Positions 1-6,308 of a stretch of DNA of 29,173 nt are shown here, piece after piece. The DNA comes from a virus. Its lineage: Duplodnaviria > Caudoviricetes. A model generated the notes under the pieces. It was not told the DNA's origin. It made no database searches and saw only the letters and a program-made list of their open reading frames with translations. Position numbers and translations under genes: made by a program. How positions within the stretch are numbered: the stretch's first letter is position 1; each line of letters opens with the position of its first letter. The stretch lies in the IMG/VR virus record IMGVR_UViG_3300008954_000202, positions 1 to 29,173 of that record. One strand, 5' to 3'.

Positions 1-81
1 CTGGGCTTTTCCCCTGCCCCCAGCTACAGCCCCCAGCACCTGCCCCACGCCCAGCTGGGAACCCTCGCACCGGAACGCCGC

Positions 82-111
82 TTGCCCCGCGCCTCCCGGC
101 TGTGACAGCAT
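82..111 (+). promoter_or_regulatory. putative sigma70-like promoter for the MTase/packaging operon
   Basis: TTGCCC-N18-CAGCAT with extended -10 TG; followed by RBS GGAGGA and ATG 139. Confidence 0.3.
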
Positions 112-138
112 GGGCGACGGTGCAACACGGAGGACAAC

Positions 139-2016
139 ATGGCGCGACTGACCAGCCCCAAGGTCCGGCTGTGGCCGATCGACGAGATCACCGCCCACCC
201 CCGCAACTATCGCCACCACCCCGACGACCAGGTGCGGGCGCTTATGGCGTCGCTGCGCCGGTTCGGCTGGGCCAAGGTGTCGATCAGTGGCAGGCCCAGC
301 GACAAGCTGCTGTGGACCGGCCACGGCGTCTGCGAGGCCGCCAAGCGCCTGGGCCTGACCCGCGTCCCGGTCAGCGAGCAAGAGCTGACCGACGCCGAGG
401 GGTTGGCCTGGCTCGCGGCCGACAACGAGCTGAGCCGGCCGGACCTGGTGGTGGACGACGGCGCGGCGCTGGCGTCGATCCTCGAGGACGTGGCAGCCAC
501 CGACGAGGGCCTGGCCGGCACCGGCCACGACGCCGACTCCCTGGCCGAGTTGCTCGAGGCGCTCGAGCCGGACGCGACAGGCGCTGCTGACGGCCCGCAA
601 AGCGGCGAGGCGACCAAGGACCAGGGCGAGGGCACCGGCGGCGACGACGCACCCGTAGAGCGCCACAAGGCGGCCATCTCGCGCCAGGCGCTCAGCTCGC
701 GCCAGGCGCTCAGCTCGCCGATGGCCGCTCTGCTCGAGCTGGGCTACCTGGACGGCACCAAGACCCTGTTCGACTACGGCTGCGGCAAGGGCGACGACCT
801 GGCGCACCTGGCCGAGCGCGGCGTCAACGCGAGCGGCTGGGACCCGCATTGGCTGCCCAACGAACCGCGCCAGGCCGCCGACCTGGTGAACCTGGGCTTC
901 GTGCTGAACGCGATCGAGGACCAGGTCGAGCGGGCCGACACGCTGCGCGAGGCGTTCAAGCTCGCCGGCGAGCTGCTGATCGTGGCCGTCCAGGTGGGCA
1001 AGCCCCCGGCAGGTGGCGTTCCGTTCGGCGACGGCGTGCGCACGTCGATCGGGACCTTCCAACGCTTCTACGGCCAGGCCGAGATCGTTGACTACGTGCG
1101 CACCGAGCTGGCCGGCGAGGCCGAGTCGCACGCGCTCGAGTCCCTGGGCAACGGCCTGGTGGTGGTCTGCGCCAACGCCGTGGCGCATGCGGCCTTCAAG
1201 AAGCGCCAGGCCGCCGCGGCCGTCACGTTCGACGACGATCCCGCGCTCGAGTTGGTCAAGGCCTGGGGCGTCCTCGAGGGGCAGACCTGGCAGCTTGGCA
1301 AACACCGTCTGTACGTGGGCGACGTGCTGGTGGACGGCGCGATCGAGGCGTTGATCCAGGCCGACGACCTGGGCCTGGTGGACGCCGTGATCACCGACCC
1401 GCCATTCGCCATCTACGGCAGCTCGACGGGGATCGGCGCGGACATTGCCGACGATCGCATGGTGCGGCCGTTTTTCGAGCGCACGCTCAACCGCGTGCGG
1501 GATTCGGTCAAGTGGTTCGGCCACGCCTGGGTCTGCACCGACTGGCGCAGCTGGGCGAGCATCTGGGAGGCCGCCAGGCGGTCGCGCCTGCACGTCGCGA
1601 ACTGCTTTGTATGGGACAAGGGCAACGGCGGCTTGGGCAGCATGGGGGCCAACTGCCATGAGTTGGTCGGGTTCCTGGTCAAAGTGCCGCCGCCCACGGC
1701 GATGCGCTCGACCAGCAAGCGCGGCCACCGCATGGTCTACAAGCCCAACATCCTGCGCCACAACCGCGCCCACGGGGCCGAGCGGCTCCATAACGCCGCC
1801 AAGCCCCTGGCCCTGGTGGGCGAGCTGATCGAGGCCGCCACCGACGACGGCGATCGCGTCCTGGACCCGTTCTGCGGCAGCGGCAGCACCCTGATCGCCT
1901 GCGAGCGAGCCGGGCGCACCTGCTACACCGCCGACGCCGAGCCGCGCTGGGCCGCCACCACGCTGCAACGCTGGGCCGATGAAACGGGCCAGACCCCCGA
2001 GCTGGTGACGCCGTGA
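139..2016 (+). CDS. ParB/Srx-like + SAM-dependent MTase (DNA phosphorothioation-associated type) + N6/N4 DNA methyltransferase fusion
   Basis: N-term HPRNYRHH..LWTGHG..ADNE (ParB-like); middle RHKAAISR..DYGCGKGDDL..GWDP..VNLGFVLNAIED..TFQRFY; C-term TDPPF and DPFCGSGSTLIACE with HNAAKP; GGAGGA RBS. Confidence 0.85.
   Translation: MARLTSPKVRLWPIDEITAHPRNYRHHPDDQVRALMASLRRFGWAKVSISGRPSDKLLWTGHGVCEAAKRLGLTRVPVSEQELTDAEGLAWLAADNELSRPDLVVDDGAALASILEDVAATDEGLAGTGHDADSLAELLEALEPDATGAADGPQSGEATKDQGEGTGGDDAPVERHKAAISRQALSSRQALSSPMAALLELGYLDGTKTLFDYGCGKGDDLAHLAERGVNASGWDPHWLPNEPRQAADLVNLGFVLNAIEDQVERADTLREAFKLAGELLIVAVQVGKPPAGGVPFGDGVRTSIGTFQRFYGQAEIVDYVRTELAGEAESHALESLGNGLVVVCANAVAHAAFKKRQAAAAVTFDDDPALELVKAWGVLEGQTWQLGKHRLYVGDVLVDGAIEALIQADDLGLVDAVITDPPFAIYGSSTGIGADIADDRMVRPFFERTLNRVRDSVKWFGHAWVCTDWRSWASIWEAARRSRLHVANCFVWDKGNGGLGSMGANCHELVGFLVKVPPPTAMRSTSKRGHRMVYKPNILRHNRAHGAERLHNAAKPLALVGELIEAATDDGDRVLDPFCGSGSTLIACERAGRTCYTADAEPRWAATTLQRWADETGQTPELVTP
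678..718 (+). repeat. perfect 18-bp tandem duplication (SRQALS x2) in the MTase gene
   Basis: CTCGCGCCAGGCGCTCAG at 678-695 and 696-713, followed by CTCGC. Confidence 0.95.
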
Positions 2017-2201
2017 GGGACGACACCACCGACACCACCGAGCCCGAGCCGCGCAAGCTGTGTTCCGCGTGCAACGGCACCGGCTGGCAGCCGCGCACAG
2101 TGACGCTGTATCCGCTGCGCCCCCCGGTCGAGCAGCCCCAGGAGCGCGAGCGGCAGCGCGTCTGGGCTGGCCGCAAGCGCAGCAAGGGGCGGCAGCGATG
2201 A
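2013..2201 (+). CDS. small hypothetical protein with one CxxCxGxG motif
   Basis: GTGA overlap with upstream stop; CSACNGTG. Confidence 0.55.
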   Translation: MRDDTTDTTEPEPRKLCSACNGTGWQPRTVTLYPLRPPVEQPQERERQRVWAGRKRSKGRQR

Positions 2202-2395
2202 CCGCCTGCCGGCACCAGCTGCGCCCAGAGGCCAACCGCTGCGCCAAGTGCGGCGCACGGCCTGCCATGCCCCAGCTGGTGCGCGGCGCTGGCGGCAGCC
2301 TGGTGCGCGTCGGCTGGTGGCCCCTGGCCTGGGCAACGCTCGAGGCGTGCAAGGGCGCAGAGGTGCGACGACAAGCGAAGGGGGCAAGGCCATGA
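2198..2395 (+). CDS. small hypothetical protein, possible zinc-binding (CxH...CxxC)
   Basis: ATGA overlaps at both ends; MTACRH...CAKCG; start reassigned to ATG 2198. Confidence 0.55.
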   Translation: MTACRHQLRPEANRCAKCGARPAMPQLVRGAGGSLVRVGWWPLAWATLEACKGAEVRRQAKGARP

Positions 2396-2943
2396 CAGAC
2401 AAGCCCAGCAAGACTCCAGAGCAGCGACAGGCCGCTCGCAAGGGCCGCGCCCTGCGACGACAAGAAGCGGCCGCGCGCCGCCACAAGGCCTGGCAACTGC
2501 ACCTGGCCGGTGTCAGCTACCAGGCGATCGCCGACCAGGCGGGGTGCGCCCGCTCGCAAGCCTTCCGCGACGTGCAGCGCGTCCTCGCCGAGCTACACAA
2601 GGACCGGCTGGACGACGCCGACATGGAGCGCAGCAAGAGCCTGGCCCGCCTCGAGCGGCTGATCCAGGGCCTGTTCCCCAAGGCGATCAAGGGCGACCAC
2701 CAGGCGGCCGACACGATCCGCAAGCTCGAGGCCGACCGGATCCGGCTGCTGGGCCTGGCTCAGCCGGTCAAGACCGAGGTCACCGGCAAGGACGGCGGGC
2801 CGGTGCAGCTGCAAGCCGGCGTCGTCGTGGTCCCGGCCGTCGCTGGCAGCGTGCAGGCCTGGCGCGACCAGATGGCAGACAACAAGGCGCAGAGCGGCGA
2901 CGTGGTGCCGTTGCGGGCGCTCGAGGGAGGACAGGATGGGTAG
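2392..2943 (+). CDS. terS: terminase small subunit (HTH)
   Basis: HTH-like GVSYQAIADQAGCARSQA; RLLGL..P and EVTGKDGGPV C-terminal motif typical of TerS; upstream of TerL; start reassigned to ATG 2392. Confidence 0.75.
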   Translation: MTDKPSKTPEQRQAARKGRALRRQEAAARRHKAWQLHLAGVSYQAIADQAGCARSQAFRDVQRVLAELHKDRLDDADMERSKSLARLERLIQGLFPKAIKGDHQAADTIRKLEADRIRLLGLAQPVKTEVTGKDGGPVQLQAGVVVVPAVAGSVQAWRDQMADNKAQSGDVVPLRALEGGQDG

Positions 2944-3262
2944 CAAGGGATCGAGCGCGGCGCGCAAGCTCAGGGGACTGATCGCCAAGTGCGGCGGCGT
3001 CCGGTGCAGCTTCAAGCCCGAGCCGCGCCGCGCGCGAATGCTTGTCGAGGTCTGGGCCGGCCCGTACCAGATCGGCACGGCCGCGTTGACCGGGCCGACA
3101 TTGAAGCGGATCGCCAAGGCGCTCGAGCAGCTCGACGCGATCCGCCACGACCTGGCCGACGCTCAGATCGCGGCCGACTTCTTTGGGCCTGGCGAGCCGC
3201 CGCCGCCGCCGATGCCAACGCCGCAGCCCGCCCCGCGCCAGGTGTCAGACGGCGGGATCTGA
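2936..3262 (+). CDS. hypothetical protein, Pro-rich C-terminus
   Basis: GGAGGA RBS, overlaps the TerS stop, fills the TerS-TerL gap. Confidence 0.6.
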   Translation: MGSKGSSAARKLRGLIAKCGGVRCSFKPEPRRARMLVEVWAGPYQIGTAALTGPTLKRIAKALEQLDAIRHDLADAQIAADFFGPGEPPPPPMPTPQPAPRQVSDGGI

Positions 3263-3266
3263 GCAG

Positions 3267-4556
3267 ATGGGCGTGCAGGCCCCGCGCATCCTCTGGGCAC
3301 CGCAGCCCGGCCCGCAGACGGCGTTCTTGACGTGCCCCGTTGATGACGTCCTTTTCGGCGGCGCTCGAGGGGGCGGCAAGACAGACGGCACGATCGGCAA
3401 GGCGATCCAGCACCACCAACTGCACGGCGGCGACGCTCGCGTCCTGTACCTGCGACGGACCTTCCCGCAGCTGGGCGAGGTGTTGAAGCGCGCGGCGCAG
3501 CTGCTGCCAGCCACCGGCGCGAGCTACGCCGCCGGCCCCAAGGAGTGGCGATGGCCTGACGGCGGGTTCTTGCGGTTCGCGCACCTGGACAAGAAGGGCG
3601 ACGAGCTAAACTACCAGGGACACAGCTACACGCTGCTGGTGGTGGACGAGGCCGGCAACTTCCCCGAGCCCGACCCGATCGACTTTATCCGCTCGAGCCT
3701 GCGCAGCGCTGCCGGCGTGCCTTGCCAGGTGGTCCTCACGGCCAACCCCGGTGGCCCTGGGCATGAGTGGATCCGCGATCGCTACGTGGACGGCCGCCCC
3801 GAGAACGTGCCCTTCTATGACCGCGAGGCCATGACCTGGCGCTGCTACATCCCCAGCAAGCTGGCCGACAACCCGGCCCTACTGCAAGGCGATCCGCGCT
3901 ACATGGACCGCCTGCGAGCTGCGACGGTGGGCCGGCCCTGGCTGTTGCGCGCCTGGCTCGAGGGTGACTGGTCGGCCAGCCTCGAGGGCGAGATGATCCT
4001 GCGCGAGTGGCTCGAGCGGCTGCCCCGGTTCGACCTGGACGCCCTGCCCCGGTTCCAGCGCGTGATCCTGAGCATGGACACGGCCAGCAAGGACAAGGAG
4101 TTGAACGACTGGACGGTGTGCCAGGCCTGGGGAATCGACGACCGGAACGACGCCTGGCTGCTCGACCTGGTGCGGGCCAAGGTCAAGATGCCCGCTCTGG
4201 TGCGCCTGGCGCAGAGCATGGCCGAGAAATGGCAGCCCACGGCCGTGCTGATCGAGGACAAGTCCAGCGGCACCGGCCTGATCCAGCTGCTCGAGGATTC
4301 GCCGCGCTGGCGCTGGTCGATCATCCCGATCATGCCGGTGGCCGACAAGATCACCCGCATGGCCGTGGAGACGCCGTGGTTCCAGTCGCGCCGCGTCCAC
4401 CTGCCACGCTCAGCGCCCTGGCTGCCCGAGTACGAGGGCGAGCTGCTGGGATTCCCCACCGGCCCCAAGAAGGACCAGGTCGACGCCACCAGCCAGCTGC
4501 TGATGTACGCCCGCGGCGGCAGCTCGAGCGCCACCGCGGCGTTGACCAGCTGGTAG
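3267..4556 (+). CDS. terL: terminase large subunit
   Basis: PQPGPQ, Walker A GGARGGGKT, Walker B LVVDEAG, TANPGGPGHEW, nuclease motifs SMDTA, IEDKSSG, DQVDA; start reassigned to ATG 3267. Confidence 0.95.
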   Translation: MGVQAPRILWAPQPGPQTAFLTCPVDDVLFGGARGGGKTDGTIGKAIQHHQLHGGDARVLYLRRTFPQLGEVLKRAAQLLPATGASYAAGPKEWRWPDGGFLRFAHLDKKGDELNYQGHSYTLLVVDEAGNFPEPDPIDFIRSSLRSAAGVPCQVVLTANPGGPGHEWIRDRYVDGRPENVPFYDREAMTWRCYIPSKLADNPALLQGDPRYMDRLRAATVGRPWLLRAWLEGDWSASLEGEMILREWLERLPRFDLDALPRFQRVILSMDTASKDKELNDWTVCQAWGIDDRNDAWLLDLVRAKVKMPALVRLAQSMAEKWQPTAVLIEDKSSGTGLIQLLEDSPRWRWSIIPIMPVADKITRMAVETPWFQSRRVHLPRSAPWLPEYEGELLGFPTGPKKDQVDATSQLLMYARGGSSSATAALTSW

Positions 4557-4559
4557 CTG

Positions 4560-4589
4560 CTGACTGGCGAACAGCTGCTGTGATACGGT
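4560..4589 (+). promoter_or_regulatory. putative promoter for head genes
   Basis: CTGACT-N18-TACGGT with extended -10 TG, in the intergenic gap after terL. Confidence 0.3.
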
Positions 4590-4611
4590 GCGCGGCGCGG
4601 AGGGCAAGACC

Positions 4612-4818
4612 ATGACCAGCAAGCGCAACCGCGAGGATATGGCCCTGGCTCGAGCTGCCGGCGCGTTGCGGGCGCTGGGCAAGCATGACGCGGCCCGCGA
4701 TCTGCTCGAGGTGGTCGGGGCAGGCCTCACCGAGCGCGACCGCCTCGAGGCCGCCGCCAGCAAGCCACCACGCAAGGCCACCAGGCGGCCCAGGAGCCGC
4801 GCAAAGGCCAAGGGGTAG
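4612..4818 (+). CDS. small basic hypothetical protein
   Basis: GGAGG RBS before ATG 4612; K/R-rich tail; between terL and portal. Confidence 0.6.
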   Translation: MTSKRNREDMALARAAGALRALGKHDAARDLLEVVGAGLTERDRLEAAASKPPRKATRRPRSRAKAKG

Positions 4819-4826
4819 GGTAGGAC

Positions 4827-6305
4827 ATGGGCAACACCAAGAAGGTCACTGTAGGCGACAAGACAGCCGCCGTCGTCACCCCCCTGGCAGACGTGCGCGG
4901 CGACGGCTGGGCCGGCGTGATGCCCGCTGTCGGTGGGACCGACCTGTACGGCTACGGCGGCCACCGCGTCACCAGCCGCGCCAAGCTGAGCGAGGCCGAG
5001 TTGGCGACGCTCTGGCGGCAGAATTGGCTGGCCCGCGAGTCAATCGAGATCAAGGCCGCCGCCGTCACGGACGCATGGGTGAAGCTCGAGATCCCCGACG
5101 ACGACGACCAGGCCGACACGGCCAAGAAGCTCTGGTCCTACGCCGACGACCTGGCCCCCCCGCACGGCATCAAGATGGCCTTCGAGAACGCGATATGCTG
5201 GGCCGAGCTGTTCGGCGGGGCGCTGCTGGTGCTGGGCATCGACGACGGCAGCGACGCCGACGACGCCAGCGCCGAGCCGGTCAACCTCGAGGGCATCCGC
5301 TCGATCCGCTGGGCGCACCTGGTGGACGCTCGCGACGCCCAGGTGCAGGCCTATGACGAAGACCCGAGCAGCGACCTGTACGGGCGGCCCATGCTCTACC
5401 AGGTCAACCGCCGGCGGGCCAAGGCGTCGGCACAGTTCCACGCCAGCCGCGTGATCCGGTTCGACGGCCCGCTGACCCCCGACGACGCGATCGACGACAA
5501 CGGGGGCTGGCCCGATTCGGTCCTCGAGGCGCAGCACGACGCGATCCGCGACTACGGCACCAGCCAGCACGGGGCAGCCAAGGCGCTCGAGAAACACAGC
5601 CAAGACCTGTTCAAGATGCGCGGCCTTGCCCAGATGGTCGGAGCCAAGGACGGGCTCACCAGGCTCCGTGTGCGCATGAAGGCGCTAAAGGAATGCCTGC
5701 GCCTGGGCAACGTGGCTCTGGTGGACGCCGAGGTCGAGGACTACCAGATCCAGGGCCGGCCGGTCAGTGGCATGGCCGAGTTGATCGATCGCGTCAACCG
5801 CAACGCCGCCGGCGCGGTCAACGTCCCAGCGGCCCGCCTGTTCGGCCAGCAACAGGGCACCGTGCGAGCTGGTGCGGATGCCGACGCGGATGCGTTCGAC
5901 AAGCAGACGCAACGCCGCCAGGCCCGCAACCTGATACCCCAGGCCAAGCGCCTGGCCGAGCTGATCATGCTCGCCAAGGACGGCCCCACCAGCGGCGAGC
6001 TGCCCAAGGACTGGCAGATCACCGCCAACGACTTGCGCGAGCCTGACCCCGAAACACGGGCCAAGACCTACGAGACACGCATGAAGGGCCACAAGCTGGC
6101 CGTCGACATGGGGGCGATCGACCCGCTCGAGGTGCGCCAGGAGTTCGCGGACGGCGACCACGGCCTTACGCTCGACCCCGAGATCACCGAGGCGCTCGAG
6201 GCCGAGGCCGGCGAGCCTGACCCCGAGCCGCCGGTGGTGCCCCCGCCGGCACCTGGGCAGCCCCCAGCGCCGCCCCAGCCGCCGGCACCGCCGACAGAGG
6301 GGTAG
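4827..6305 (+). CDS. portal protein (DUF1073-like)
   Basis: Position after terL; WAELFGGA, FHASRVIRFDG, GWPDSVLE, VPAARLFGQ motifs; Pro-rich C-tail. Confidence 0.88.
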   Translation: MGNTKKVTVGDKTAAVVTPLADVRGDGWAGVMPAVGGTDLYGYGGHRVTSRAKLSEAELATLWRQNWLARESIEIKAAAVTDAWVKLEIPDDDDQADTAKKLWSYADDLAPPHGIKMAFENAICWAELFGGALLVLGIDDGSDADDASAEPVNLEGIRSIRWAHLVDARDAQVQAYDEDPSSDLYGRPMLYQVNRRRAKASAQFHASRVIRFDGPLTPDDAIDDNGGWPDSVLEAQHDAIRDYGTSQHGAAKALEKHSQDLFKMRGLAQMVGAKDGLTRLRVRMKALKECLRLGNVALVDAEVEDYQIQGRPVSGMAELIDRVNRNAAGAVNVPAARLFGQQQGTVRAGADADADAFDKQTQRRQARNLIPQAKRLAELIMLAKDGPTSGELPKDWQITANDLREPDPETRAKTYETRMKGHKLAVDMGAIDPLEVRQEFADGDHGLTLDPEITEALEAEAGEPDPEPPVVPPPAPGQPPAPPQPPAPPTEG

Positions 6306-6308
6306 ACC

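Noticed and set aside
1-60. C-rich short repeats (GCCCCCAGC x2), CCCAGCTGGG palindrome and CTGGGCTTTTT
   Set aside because: Possibly the 3' half of a terminator cut by the window edge; too little context to call
4827-6305. Anti-CBASS (Acb1) label sometimes attached to DUF1073 proteins
   Set aside because: No HxT/HxS phosphodiesterase domain is visible; size and synteny fit a plain portal
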